DNA of 64,000 bases from Antedon mediterranea (taxonomy: Eukaryota > Animalia > Echinodermata). Where the stretch lies: contig NC_092672.1 of assembly GCF_964355755.1 (NCBI RefSeq), positions 16,939,237-17,003,236 of the forward strand, in the 5' to 3' direction. A model generated the notes under the pieces. The model made no database searches, was not told the DNA's origin, and worked only from the letters and a program-made list of their open reading frames with translations. The translations under genes were made by a program, and so were the position numbers. How positions within the stretch are numbered: the first letter of the stretch is position 1; every line of letters begins with the position of its first letter. Shown one piece after another: positions 36,804 through 50,873 of the stretch.

Positions 36804-38274
36804 TCCGGGGGACCATAGGAATTTTTTCGAAAAATGGCCAAAATTTTCAATTTCTAAACTTCGAAAATTATGCTATAATATTGCCATTTATGCACTTACA
36901 TCATCTGATAGAGCCATAGTTACTAGTTATGTCAAAAAATAAAAGGGTCGAAATTTGGCCATTTTTCGAAAAAAATTCCTGCGGGGACCATAGGAATTTT
37001 TTTGAAAAATGGCAAAAATTTCCACTTTTTAAAATTCGAAAATTATGCTATAATATTGCCATTTATGCAAATATATTGTGCAAACATCATCTTATAGAGC
37101 CATAGTAACTAGTTATGTCAAAAAATAAAAGCGTCGCAATTTTTACATTTTTGGAAAATATTCCTGCGTGGGACCACAGGATTTTTTTCGAAAAATAACC
37201 AAAATGTCCACCTTTAAACTTCAATAATTAGGCTATAATATTGCCATTTATGCACATATATTGTGTTAACATCATCTTATAGAGCCATAGTAACTAGTTA
37301 TCATGTCAAAAAATGAAAGGATCGACATTTGGCCATTTTTCGAAAATTTTCCTGCGGGGGACCACAGGAATTTTTTCAAAAAAAACCCCAAAATTTCCAC
37401 CTTTTAAAATTCAATAATTAGGCTATAATATTGCCATTTATGCACATATATTGAGTTAACATCAACTTATAGAGACATAGTAACGAGTTATGTCAAAAAA
37501 TAAAAGGGTCGAAATTTGGCCATTTTCGCGAAAATTTCCATGCGGGGGACCATAGAGATTTTTTCGAAAAATTGACAAAATTTCCAATTTCTACAATTCG
37601 AAAATTATGCTATAATATTGTAATTTATACAAATATATTGTGCTAACATCATCTTATAGAGCCATAGTAACGAATTATGTCAAAAAATAAAAGGGTCGAA
37701 ATTTGGCCATTTTCCGAAAATTTCCCTTCAGGGGACGACAGGAATTTTTTCGAAAAATAACCAAAATGTCTACCATTTAAAATTCAATAATTAGGCTATA
37801 ATATATCCATTTATGCACATATATTTTGTTAACATCATCTTATAGAGCCATAGTAACTAGTTATGGCAAAAAATAAAAGTGTCGAAATTTGGCCATTTTC
37901 CGACAATTTCCCTACGGGGGACCATAGGAATTTTTTCGAAAAATAACAAAAATTTCCACTTTTTAAAATTCGAAAATTATGCTATAATATTGCCATTTAT
38001 GCAAATATATTGTGCTAACATGATCTTATAGAGCCATAGTAACTAGTTATGTCAAAAAATAAATGGGTCGAAATTTGGCCATTTTTCGAAAAATTTTCCT
38101 GCGGGGGACCATAGTAATTTTTTTTCGAAAAATGACCAAAATTTCCACCTTTCAAAATTCAATAATTAGACTATAATATTGCCATTTATTGACATATGTT
38201 GTGTTAACATCATCTTATAGAGCCATAGTAACTAGTTATGTCAAAAATAAAAGGTTTGAATTTTTGCCGTTTTT

Positions 38275-38677
38275 GCACCCAAGCGTATAGCAACAACAAG
38301 TGATTACACAACTGCGATACGATACTTTCTACAGTAGGCCTAGGAAAGTCAATTCACGTGATTGCCTAATAATTAGGCCTAATAGTATTAATAGAAACTA
38401 TAATTTTAACACGTAATTCTATAGTAATTAATTATATTAAAAACACCATAAACTAAAGGCTGATTATTTCGAAAATCCACACAAAACGCCGCTATTCTTC
38501 TATGAAATCGCACGCCGCAACAACAGCGGAGATAGGCCTAGAATCGTACCGCACTTGTGTAATCACTTCTTGTTGCTATACGCTTGGGTGCACACGGCGG
38601 AACAAGAAAATTTAACTGATGAATTATTCATGTTTATTTTGTGACGTTTCATGAGGGGTCCCCAACTTATGTACGCC
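38275..38677. mobile_element. Third, further internally deleted copy of the same MITE
   Basis: Same left breakpoint and same right flank (GCC|TCCGGGGGACC) as the 35991 copy, 2284 bp downstream; internal deletion at GATTGCC|TAATAATTAGG. Confidence 0.85.
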
Positions 38678-41600
38678 TCCGGGGGACCATAGGAATTTTT
38701 TCGAAAAATGGCCAATATTTTTAAATTCTAAACTTCGAAAATTATGTTATAATATTGCCATTTATGCACTAACATCATCTGATAGAGCCATAGTTACTAG
38801 TTATGTCAAAAAATAAAAGGGTCGAAATTTGGCCATTTTTCGAAAAAATTTCCTGCGGGGACTATAGGAATTTTTTTGAAAAATGGCAAAAATTTCCACT
38901 TTTTAAAATTCGAAAATTATGCTATAATATTGCCATTTATGCAAATATATTGTGCAAACATCATCTTATAGAGCCATAGTAACTAGTTATGTCAAAAAAT
39001 AAAAGCATCGCAATTTTGACATTTTTGGAAAATATTCCTGCGTGGGACCACAGGAATTTTTTCGAAAAATAACCAAAATTTAAACCTTTAAACTTCAATA
39101 ATTAGCCTATAATTTTGCCATTTATGCACATATATTGTGTTAACATCATCTTATAGAGCCATAGTAACTAGTTATCATGTCAACAAATGAAAGGATCGAC
39201 ATTTGGCCATTTTTCGAAAATTTTCCTGCGGGGGACCACAGGAATTTTTTCAAAAAAATAACCAAAATTTCAACCTTTTAAAATTCAATAATTAGGCTAT
39301 AATATTGCCATTTATGCACATAATTATATTGAGTTAACATCAACTTATAGAGACATAGTAACGAGTTATGTCAAAAAATAAAAGGGTCGAAATTTGGCCT
39401 TTTTTGCGAAAATTTCCCTGCGGGGGACCATAGAGATTTTTTCGAAAAATTGACAAAATTTCCAATTTCTACAATTCGAAAATTATGCTATAATATTGTA
39501 ATTTATACAAATATATTGTGCTAACATCATCTTATAGAGCCATAGTAACGAATTATGTCAAAAAATAAAAGGGTTTAAAGTTGGCCATTTTTCGATAATT
39601 TTCCTGCGGGGGACCATAGTATTTTTTCGAAAAATGGACAAAATTTCCAATTTCTAAAATTCTAAAATTATGCTATAATATTGCCATTTATCCAAATATA
39701 TTGTGATAACATCATCTTATAGAAACATAGCAACTAGTTATGTCAAAAAAATAAAAGGGTCGAAAAATGGCACCATTTTCCACTTTTTAAAATAAAATAA
39801 ATATGCTATAATATTTCCATTTATACAGATATATTTTGCTAACATCATCTTATAGAGTCATAGTAACGAATTATATCAAAAATTAAAAGGGTTGAAATTT
39901 GACAATTTTTCGAAAATTTTCCTGCGGGGGACCATAAGAATTTTTTCGAAAATGAACTAAATTTCGAATTTCTAAAATTCGAAAATTATGCTATAATATT
40001 GCCATTTATGCAAATATATTGTGCTAACATCATCTTATAGAGCCATAGTAAAAAAAATAAAAGGGTCGAAATTTTGCAATCTTTCGAAAATTTTCCTGTG
40101 GGGATCATAGGAAGTTTTTTGAAAAACAAACCAAAAATAAACAAAATTTCCACCTTTTAAAATTAAATAATTAGGCTATAATATTGCCATTTATACAGAT
40201 ATATTTTGCTAACATCATCTTATAGAGCCATAGTAACTAGTTATGTCATCAAATAAAAGGGCGAACATTTCCCTGCGGGTGACAATAGGAATTTTTTTCG
40301 AAAAATGGACAAAATTTCCACTTTTTAAAATTCGAAAATTATGCTATAATATTGCCATTTATGCAAATATATTGTGCAAACATCATCTTATAGAGCCATA
40401 GTAACTAGTTATGTCAAAAAATAAAAGCGTCGCAATTTTGACATTTTTGGAAAATATTCCTGCGGGGGACCACAGGAATTTTTTCAAACAAATAACCAAC
40501 ATTTCCACCTTTAAACTTCAATAATTAGGGTATAATATTGCCATTTATGCACATATATTGTGTTAACATCATCTTATAGAGCTAGTAACTAGTTATCATG
40601 TCAAAAAATGAAAGGATCGACATTTGGCCATTTTTCGAAAATTTTCCTGCGGGGGACCACAGGAATTTTTTCAAAAAAATAACCAAAATTTCCACCTTTT
40701 AAAATTCAATAATTAGGCTATAATATTGCCATTTATGCACATATATTGTGTTAACATCAACTTATAGAGACATAGTAACGAGTTATGTCAAAAAATAAAA
40801 GGGTCGAAATTTGGCAATTTTTTGGAAAATTTCCCTGCGGGGGACCATAGAGATTTTTTCGAAAAATTGACAAAATTTCCAATTTCTACAATTCGAAAAT
40901 TATGCTATAATATTGTAATTTATACAAATATATTGTGCTAACATCATCTTATAAAGCCATAGTAACGAATTATGTCAAAAAATAAAAGGGTTGAAAGTTG
41001 GCCATTTTTCGATAATTTTCCTGCGGGGGACCATAGTATTTTTTTCGAAAAATGGACAAAATTTCCAATTTCTAAAATTCGAAAATTATGCTATAATATT
41101 GCCATTTATCCAAATATATTGTGATAACATCATCTTATAGAGACATAGCAACTAGTTATGTCAAAAAAATAAAAGGGTCGAAAAATGGCACCATTTTCCA
41201 CTTTTTAAAATAAAATAAATATGCTATAATATTTCCATTTATACAGATATATTTTGCTAACATCATCTTATAGAGTCATAGTAACGAATTATATCAAAAA
41301 TTAAAAGGGTTGAAACTTGACAATTTTTCGAAAATTTTCCTTCGGGGGACCATAAGAATTTTTTCGAAAATGAACTAAATTTCCAATTTCTAAAATTCGA
41401 AAATTATGCTATAATATTGCCATTTATGCAAATATATTGTGCTAACATCATCTTATAGAGCCATAGTAAAAAAAATAAAAGGGTCGAAATTTTTCAATTT
41501 TTCGAAAATTTTCCTGCGGGGATCATAGGAAGTTTTTTGAAAAACAAACAAAAAATAAACAAAATTTCCACCTTTTAAAATTAAATAATTAGGCTATAAT

Positions 41601-41719
41601 ATTGCCATTTATACAGATATATTTTGCTAACAACATCTTATAGAGCCATAGTAACTAGTTATGTCATCAAATAAAAGGGTCGAAATTTGGCCATTTTCCG
41701 AAAATTTCCCTGCGGGGGA

Positions 41720-43867
41720 TGTTGAACCCACAAATGTGAAAACGCCAACAAATGTGAAAACAACCACAGATGTGAAAACGCATCACCCACAAATGTGAAA
41801 ACAATCACAAATGTGAAAACGCATCACCTACCACAACCACAAATGTGAAAACGCATCAACCACAAATGTGAAAACAGCGCCCACAAATGTGAAAATGATC
41901 ATCGCCCACAAATGTGATAACGCCCACAAATGTAAAAACAAGAGAGACTTTTTCGCCCACAAATGTAAAAAAATTCAGATCAAATTTAATGCTAGATTCA
42001 GACAAACATTATATCATGATTGTATTGAGTTGTTTGTTCACGATACGTCTGTTAGGGTCGTCGTTAACACGTTGGATTATTATCATTTGCTGCTCGTGCG
42101 CGCGATTTTTGCACGTTAACTCGTTTGTTTAATGAACGTAATAGTTCAAGACGATATTTGTTATTTGCTGCGCGCGTGCACGATACTTCAAGGTCAAGGC
42201 CATGTTATATCATTGTTGCTTCTACTGTGTCGTTGTTGGCTTACTATTATGTACGTATAGTTATAAGTCGATGTTCGATATTTTTTTTTTGCGCGCACAC
42301 GATACAACAAGGTCAAGGTTAAATTGCTACTTGTATGTAGTGTGTGGTTATTAACTCGTTGGCTTACTGTTATGTACGTATAGTTCAAGTCGATGTTCGA
42401 TTCGATGTTTTTGTGCACGTACACGATACCACAAGGTCAAGGTCATATATAATATTGCTACTTGTGGTTGTTAACTCGTTGGCTTATTGTTATGTACGTA
42501 TAGTTCCAAGTCGATGGTCGATTCGATTTTTTTTTTGTGCGCGTGCACGATACTACAAGGTCATATATCATTGCTGCTTGAAGTGCAGTTGGGCTTACTA
42601 TATTAGTATTATGTACGTATTATAGCTCCAAGTCGATGCTCGGTGTACACGATACTACAAGATCAATGCTATACTCGTCGTTCAGTTATTGCAGTAGTTC
42701 CTAATGTTCAATTTTTTTACAAAACTATAACCACAAGATAATAATACAAGAGCTAGAGCAAGACCAACTAATACAAGAATATTTCTTTATTTTAGAGCGA
42801 TAAACAAATTGTAACATAGAATAATACCGTAACACCAATATCCAACCAAACATAATACACGATACGATAGCATCAAACTTGTCACGAACATGTATTCTAT
42901 AAAACATACTATGAAATCTATAACAATTATACTAATGGACAAAACTTCCTACTATACTACTATTTACATTCGTGGTTTAATCTGATGCTTATTGTTTAAT
43001 TTGTATATCTATTTTTAGCGGATAATTATAAAGATATACGGAGAATAATATTACCTATTGAATGCATTAAAATTTAACTGATTTACTATCAAACGTATAT
43101 TCGACAATTTAAAGAAATAGAATTAATTAGCAATAGTATATATGACCTTGATCTTGTGGTATCGTGTACGTGCACAAAAACATCGAATCGAACATCGACT
43201 TGAACTATACGTACATAACAGTAAGCCAACGAGTTAATAACCACACACTACATACAAGTAGCAATTTAACCTTGACCTTGTTGTATCGTGTGCACGCTCA
43301 AAAAAACATCGAACATCGACTTATAACTATACGTACATAATAGTAAGCCAACAACCACACAGTAGAAGCAACAATGATATAACATGGCCTTGACCTTTAA
43401 GTATCGTGCACGCGCGCAGCAAATAAAAAATATCGTCTTGAACTATTACGTTCATTAAACAAACGAGTTAACGTGCAAATATTGCGCGCATGAGCAGCAA
43501 ATTATAATAATCCAATGCGTTAACCACGACCCTAACAGACGTATCGTTAACAAACAATTATTGAAACAACTCAATACAATCATGATATAATGTAGTACCT
43601 CGATCAAAATTGTTTGAGTCTACCATTAAATTTGATCTGATTTTTTTTTTTACATTTGTGGCCGAAAAATTCTCATTTTTTTTTACATTTGTGGGCGTTA
43701 TCACATTTGTGGGCGATGATCGTTTTCACATTTGTGGGCGCTGTTTATTACATTTGTGGTTGATTCGTTTTCACATTTGTGGTTGTTTTCACATTTGTGG
43801 GTGATGCGTTTTCACATTTGTGGTTGTTTTCACATTTGTGGGCGTTTTTACATTTGTGGGTTCAACA
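41720..43867. mobile_element. Non-autonomous Ginger-like (Ginger2/TDD-type) foldback element
   Basis: Termini TGTTGAACCCACAAATGT / ACATTTGTGGGTTCAACA; 5-bp TSD GGGGA (41715-41719 / 43868-43872); ~730-bp TIRs (41720-~42450 vs ~43140-43867) with about ten tandem CCACAAATGTGAAAAC units at each end; no integrase ORF. Superfamily inferred from TGT..ACA ends and TSD length only. Confidence 0.7.
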
Positions 43868-46743
43868 GGGGACAATAGGAATTTTTTTCGAAAAATGGAC
43901 AAAATTTCCACTTTTTAAAATTCGAAAATTATGCTATAATATTGCCATTTATGCACATTATCATATTGTGTTAACATCATCTTATAGAGCCATAGTAACT
44001 AGTTATCATGTCAAAAAATGAAAGGATCGACATTTGGCCATTTTTCGAAAATTTTCCTGCGGGGGACCACAGGAATTTTTTCAAAAAAATAACCAAAATT
44101 TCCACCTTTTAAAATTCAATAATTAGGCTATAATATTGCCATTTATGCACATATATTGTATTAACATATTCTTATACAGACATAGTAACGAGTTATGTCA
44201 AAAAATAAAAGGGTCGAAATTTGGCAATTTTTGCGAAAATTTCCCTGAAATTCCATAGAGATTTTTTTCGAAAAATTGACAAAATTTCAAATTTCTACAA
44301 TTCGAAAATTGTGCTATAATATTGTAATTTATACAAATATATTGTGCTAACATCATCTTATAGAGCCATAGTAACGAATTATGTCAAAAAATAAAAGGGT
44401 TGAAAGTTGGCCATTTTTCGATAATTTTTCTGCGGGGGACCATAGTATTTTTTTCAAAAAATGGACAAAATTTCCAATTTTTAAAATTCGAAAATTATGC
44501 TATAATATTGCCATTTATCCAAATATATTGTGATAACATCATCTTATAGAGACATAGCCACTAGTTATGTCAAAAAAATAAAAGGGTCGAAAAATGGCAC
44601 CATTTTCCACTTTTTAAAATAAAATAAATATGCTATAATATTTCCATTTATACAGATATATTTTGCTAACATCATCTTATAGAGTCATAGTAACGAATTA
44701 TATCAAAAATTAAAAGGGTTGAAATTTGACAATTTTTCGAAAATTTTCCTACGGGGGACCATAAGATTTTTTTCGAAAATGAACTAAATTTCCAATTTCT
44801 AAAATTCGAAAATTATGCTATAATATTGCCATTTATGCAAATATATTGTGCTAACATCATCTTATAGAGCCATAGTAAAAAAAATAAAAGGGTCGAAATT
44901 TTCCAATTTTTCGAAAATTTTCCTGCGGGGATCATAGGAAGTTTTTTGAAAAACAAACAAAAAATAAACAAAATTTTCACCTTTTAAAATTAAATAATTA
45001 GGCTATAATATTGCCATTTATACAGATATATTTTGCTAACATCATCTTATAGAGCCATAGTAACTAGTTATGTCATCAAATAAAAGGGTCAAAATTTGGC
45101 CATTTTACGAAAATTTCCCTGCGGGGGACAATAGGATTTTTTTTCGAAAAATGGACAAAATTTCCACTTTTTAAAATTCGAAAATTATGCTATAATATTG
45201 CCATTTATGCAACTATATTGTGCAAACATCATCTTATAGAGCCATAGTAACTAGTTATGTCAAAAAATGAAAGCGTCGCAATTTTTACATTTTTGGAAAA
45301 TATTCCTGCGGGGGACAACAGGAATTTTTTCGAAAAATAACCAAAATTTCCACCTTTAAACTTCAATAATTAGCCTATAATATTGCCATTTATGCACATA
45401 TATTGTGTTAACATCATCTTATAGAGCTAGTAACTAGTTATCATGTCAAAAAATGAAAGGATCGACATTTGGCCATTTTTCGAAAATTTTCCTGCGGGGG
45501 ACCACAGGAATTTTTTCAAAAAAATAACCAAAATTTCCACCTTTTAAAATTCAATAATTAGGCTATAATATTGCCATTTATGCACATACATTGTGTTAAC
45601 ATCAACTTATAGAGACATAGTAACGAGTTATGTCAAAAAATAAAAGGGTCGAAATTTGGCCATTTTTGCGAAAATTTCCCTGCGGGAGACCATAGAGATT
45701 TTTTCTAAAAATTGACAAAATTTCCTAATTTCTACAATTCGAAAATTATGCTATAATATTGCAATTTATACAAATATATTGTGCTAACATCATCTTATAG
45801 AGCCATAATAACGAATTATGTCAAAAAATAAAAGGGTTGAAAGTTGGCCATTTTTCGATAATTTTCCTGCGGGGGATCATAGTATTTTTTTTCGAAAAAT
45901 GGACAAAATTTCCAATTTCTAAAATTCGAAAATTATGCTATAATATTGCCATTTATCCAAATATATTGTGATAACATCATCTTATAGAGACATAGCAACT
46001 AGTTATGTCAAAAAAATAAAAGGGTCGAAAAATGGCCAAAATTCCCACTTTATAAAATTCAATAATTATGCTATAATATTGCCATTTTTGCAAATATATT
46101 GTGCTAACATCATCTTATAGAGCCATAGTAACTAGTTATGTCAAAAAATAAAAGGGTTAAATTTTGGCCATTTTTGCGAAAATTTCCCTTGGGGGTGTGG
46201 GGGACCATAGGAATTTTTTCGAAAAATGAATAAAATTTCCATTTTTTAAAATTCACAAATTATGCTATAATTATTGCCATTTATGCAATATTGTACTGAC
46301 ATCATCTTATAGAGCCATAGCAACTACTTATGTCAAAATATAAAAGGGTCGAAAAAGGCAAAAATTTTACACTTTTTAAAATTAAATAATTATGCTAAAA
46401 TTTTGCCATTTATGGACATATATTGTGTTAACATCATCTTATAGAGCCATCGTAACTAGTTATGTCAAAAAATAAGAGGGTGAAAATTTTGCAAATTTTC
46501 GAAAATTTCCCTCTGGGGGACTATAGGAATTTTTTTGTAAAAGGGCCAAAATTTCCAATTTTTAAAATTCTATAATTATGCTATAATATTGCCATTTATG
46601 CAAATATATTGTGTTAACATCATCTTATAGAGCCATAGTAACTAGTTATGTCAAAAAATAAAAGGGTCGAAATTTAGCAATTTTTCGAAAAATTTTCCTG
46701 CTGGGGACCATAAAATTTTTTTTCGAAAAATGGCGAAAATTTA

Positions 46744-48565
46744 CTCTCTCTAGCTGATCTATCTCTCTCTCTCGCTGATCTATCTCTCTCTCTCGCTGAT
46801 CTATCTCTCTCTCGCTGATCTATCTCTCTCTCGCTGATCTATCTCTCTCTCGCTGATCTATCTCTCTCTCGCTGATCTATCTCTCTCTCGCTGATCTATC
46901 TCTCTCTCTCGCTGACCTATCTCTCTCTCGCTGATCTATCTATCTCTCGCTGATCTATCTCTCTATCGCTGATCTATCTCTCTCGCTGATCTATCTCTCT
47001 CTCTTACTGATCTATCTCTCTCTCTCTCTCTCGCTGATCTATCTATCTCTCTCTCTCTCGCTGATCTATCTATCTCTCTCTCGCTGATCTATCTATCTCT
47101 CTCTCACTGATCTATCTCTCTCTCGCTGATCTATCTCTCTCTCTCGCTGATCTATCTCTCTCTCGCTGATCTATCTCTCTCTTGCTGATCTATCTATCTC
47201 TCGCTGATCTATCTCTCTCTCGCTGATCTATCTATCTCTCTCTCGCTGATCTATCTATCTCTCTCTCTCGCTGATCTATCTATCTCTCTCTGATCTATCT
47301 CTCTCTCTCGCTGATCTATCTATCTCTCTCTCGCTGATCTATCTATCTCTCTCTCGCTGATCTATCTATCTCTCTCGCTGATCTATCTATCTCTCTCTCG
47401 CTGATCTATCTATCTCTCTCTCTCGCTGATCTATCTCTCTCTCGCTGATCTATCTCTCTCTCCCTCGCTGATCTCTCTCTCTCTCGCTGATCTATCTCTC
47501 TCTCTCGCTGATCTATCTCTCTCGCTGATCTATCTCTCTCTCGCTGATCTATCTCTCTCTCTCACTGATCTATCTCTCTCTCCTTGATCTATCTCTCTCT
47601 CGCTGATCTATCTCTCTCTCTCTCGCTGATCTATCTCTCTCTCGCTGATCTATCTATCTCTCTCTCGCTGATCTATCTTTCTCTCGCTGATCTATCTATC
47701 TCTCTCGCTGATCTATCTCTCTATCGCTGATCTATCTATCTCTCTCGCTGATCTATCTATCTCTCTCTCGCTGATCTATCTATCTCTCTCTCGCTGATCT
47801 ATCTCTCTCTCGATGTTCTACCTATCTCTCTCTCGCTGATCTATCTCTCTCGCTGATCTATCTATCTCTCTCTGTCGCTGATCTATATCTCTCTCGCTGA
47901 TCTATCTCTCTCGCTGATCTATCTCTCTGTCGCGGTTCTATCTCTCTGTCGCTGGTCTCTCTCTCTCTCGCTGATCTATCTCTCTCTCGCTGATCTATCT
48001 CTCTCTCGCTGATCTATCTTTCTCTCGCTGATCTATCTCTCTCGATGATCTATCTCTCTCTCGCTGATCTATCTCACTCTCGCTGATCTATCTCTCTCTC
48101 GCTGATCTATCTCTCTCTCGCTGATCTATCTCTCTCTCGCTGATCTATCTCTCTCGCTGATCTATCTATCTGTCGCTGATCTATCTCTCTGTCACTGATT
48201 TCTCTCTCTCTCGCTGACCTATCTCTCTCGCGCTGATCTATCTCTCTCTCGCTGATCTATCTCTCTCTCGCTTATCTATCTCTCTCTCGCTGATCTATCC
48301 CTCTCTCGCTGATCTATCTCTCTCGCTGATCTATCTTTCTCTCGCTGATCTATCTCACTCTCGTTGATCTATCTCTCTCTCGCTGATCTATCTCTCTCTC
48401 GCTGATCTATCTCTTTCTCGCTGATCTATCTCTCTCTCGCTGATCTTTCTCTCTCTCTCTCTCTCTCTGATCTATCTCTCTCTCGCCGATCTATCTCTCT
48501 CTCCCTCGCTGATCTATCTCTCTCTCGCTGATCTATCTCTCTCTCGCTGATCTATCTGTCTCTTT
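46744..48565. repeat. Minisatellite B array
   Basis: Same unit; the junction with satellite A matches that at 11834/11835. Confidence 0.97.
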
Positions 48566-50873
48566 CACACTCGATTCACCAGGGACAAAAAATAGTGAGC
48601 CCTCTATCGGCAGCGAATCGTTTTTGCACACGAGACAGCGTGGACAATTACCCGGAAGCAACTTTGTTTTGAAAAGTAAATCTTAGGTTTGTGAAAACTG
48701 GCCAATTGGAACTTTTGGTTTTATTTACTAATGAATAATTTATGAAAACCTTTGACAAGGCATCTACGAACCACGTGATATTGTTTTTTAATCGACGAAC
48801 CCATTATATTTGTGTGAAACAAGGGTGAATTACACCGATGTTTTTTAAACAATTTTAGGATATTCGAATGTTAAAATTTCGTCTAATTTGTTGAGGCTGT
48901 AATAAAACAACGCAATTTTTTGAGAAGGTGGGTTTTATAGTTTCTGAATATTTGATTTTTCAATAGTAGTTAATAAAAAATCTCGTTGGGGTTATTTTTT
49001 TTGTTTTTTAATGGCTGCTTAAACATGTGCCTTCTTGGGTATTTCACTATTGAAAATGGTTGAAATGGTTGTAGCTAAAATCATTTTTTACGCCATAAGA
49101 TAAAAAATGTGGTTTTGTAAATTAATAAGGGCAACATATACTATATAAGAAAGCTGTTTTTTATCATAAAACTCTACAAAGCCTCTTTGTTTTATTTATA
49201 AATCAATATAGTCTAGGCCTGTAGTACAGTAGGAGAGCCAGGCTTTAGCCTATAATAGTGGGGTAGTGCGTGCATTATTGGCGCGTGTTCATTGTCGGGC
49301 GCGCATTGTTTATAGGCCTAAGAAAATAAGTAAAATATACAAATATAATTAAATAATGATTATTATTAATTGAATGTTGTTTTTTTTTTACAGACCACAG
49401 AGGATTGTTCTACATACTTCAATACAAATAGCATTAAATCAACAACAATTTCTTATGAGTCATATTAATTTACCTCTGGCATATAATGTGAAAAAACACT
49501 ATTAATACTGTAATAATGGATATCTATAGATGTATTGCCAAAACGACATTTTATTTTTTAAAAACTTTAACTTATCCTAATTTACTTATTTAAAGGTTCA
49601 AGTGGGAGTTGGTTGTTGTGCAGTAGTTTAATAAAGTTTAAATGTACATTTCAAATCGGCAAATAAATAATGGTAATAGGCCTACTACAGTAATAGAAAA
49701 TCTTTTGAAGATTAGGCTTAGTACAAAAGATGTTAGCTAATTTGATGTAGAAAACTTGTTGTCTAATTTTTAAGGTGAAATTTGTGATAATATTAAAAGT
49801 TAAAATGTTAATTGGTGTGTATTTGTATTTCATTTATTGCTCCATTATTATAATAAAAAGCAGGGAATCATGAAATTTCATTTTAGCTCCGATAAAAAGT
49901 AAACATTTTCAGCATATACTGTACTTAAATCAATCATATGTTAGTGACAGGTGACATTAAAAGATTTATTATGAGATTACTTGTAAGCCTACTAGTAGGT
50001 TTAGCTCTATTCATAAAAATAATGACATTATATACTGTACATTAATTAGCCTAGCTAGGCCTAACTAATTTACTGAATTTTCAGTATTTTACCAAGTCAA
50101 CCGTTCAGGCATGCAGATACAGTCCTCACTTCACACCAATCTTCATAATTTTAAGAAAAATGAAAGTTCAGCACTTTATTTTAAAATTTATAAGCCCATT
50201 TTATAAGATTCTGCATCATCCACTTAACAAGAACTAAAATCGAGAGCCCAGTGATAGAGCGCATCTTCCGACGTTCTCGTCGCCTAAGGAAACGAGTATT
50301 CCAGCCCTGCCGCGTCTTCCTAGGCCTACGCGCACCGCACTTTCGCTCAAAATACACTATCTTCAACTCCTTATAGAATTTGTTTGAAAAATAACTCCAA
50401 GCTTATATTTGGAAATCTTTGAAAATGCATATAAGACTATATTATAGCATTTTCAGAATTTCATTTAAAAATTGCAAATTAATGTTAGCTATTTTAACAG
50501 ATTAGTTAGTTTTCACTTTTTTGTTTTCGCCGTATGACTCACTTTGTTTACGTTTGCACTTGGCTTAGACGTTTATCTTACAATTCAAATCAATTAATCC
50601 ATAATCAACTAAAATTGCTATTGTTGTGGTTTTTGTTTAATATAAATTTTCTTAATAAACAGAAATAAATCAAACAACAATATAATTTAATATAAACCCG
50701 TTAAAAGGGAAATTTAGACAGCCTATAAAACACGGAAGTCCGAACTCGCGTCGCTCGAAATGCTCGGGAACTTTCTATTTATAGCCAATCGAAAAAGGCT
50801 CCGGCTAACTTAAACAATGAAAACGGCTCTCGGAACACTTAATGTCCCATTTTCGCTGTTTGACGTGGATGTG
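48566..50873 (-). mobile_element. Non-autonomous relative of the Chapaev/RAG1-like element, opposite orientation, with 12/21 RSS-like ends
   Basis: CAC (48566) ... GTG (50873); 4-bp TSD CTTT (48562-48565 / 50874-50877). Left end CACACTC-12bp-ACAAAAAAT-AGTGAGCCCTCTAT matches the right end of 18230-23945 (ACAAAAAGT-GGTGAGCCCTCTAT). Right end (minus) CACATCC-21bp-ACATTAAGT-GTT matches its left end (ACACAAAGT-GTT). No transposase ORF seen. Confidence 0.85.

Larger units (their letters stand above)
35385..46743. repeat. Satellite A array with 7-8-mer higher-order repeats, interrupted by two MITE remnants and a Ginger-like element
   Basis: Same monomer; diagnostic variant AGTTATCATGTC..TGAAAGGATCGAC at 37296, 39170, 40591, 44001 and 45436. 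Confidence 0.95.

Noticed and set aside
41720-41970. CRISPR-like repeat-spacer array (CCACAAATGTGAAAAC)
   Set aside because: Spacers are only a few bp and related, the array is mirrored at the other end as a TIR, the context is eukaryotic and there are no cas genes.
50181-50366. 61-aa Arg-rich minus-strand ORF in the non-autonomous element
   Set aside because: No ATG start, no recognisable motif and no similarity to the transposase.
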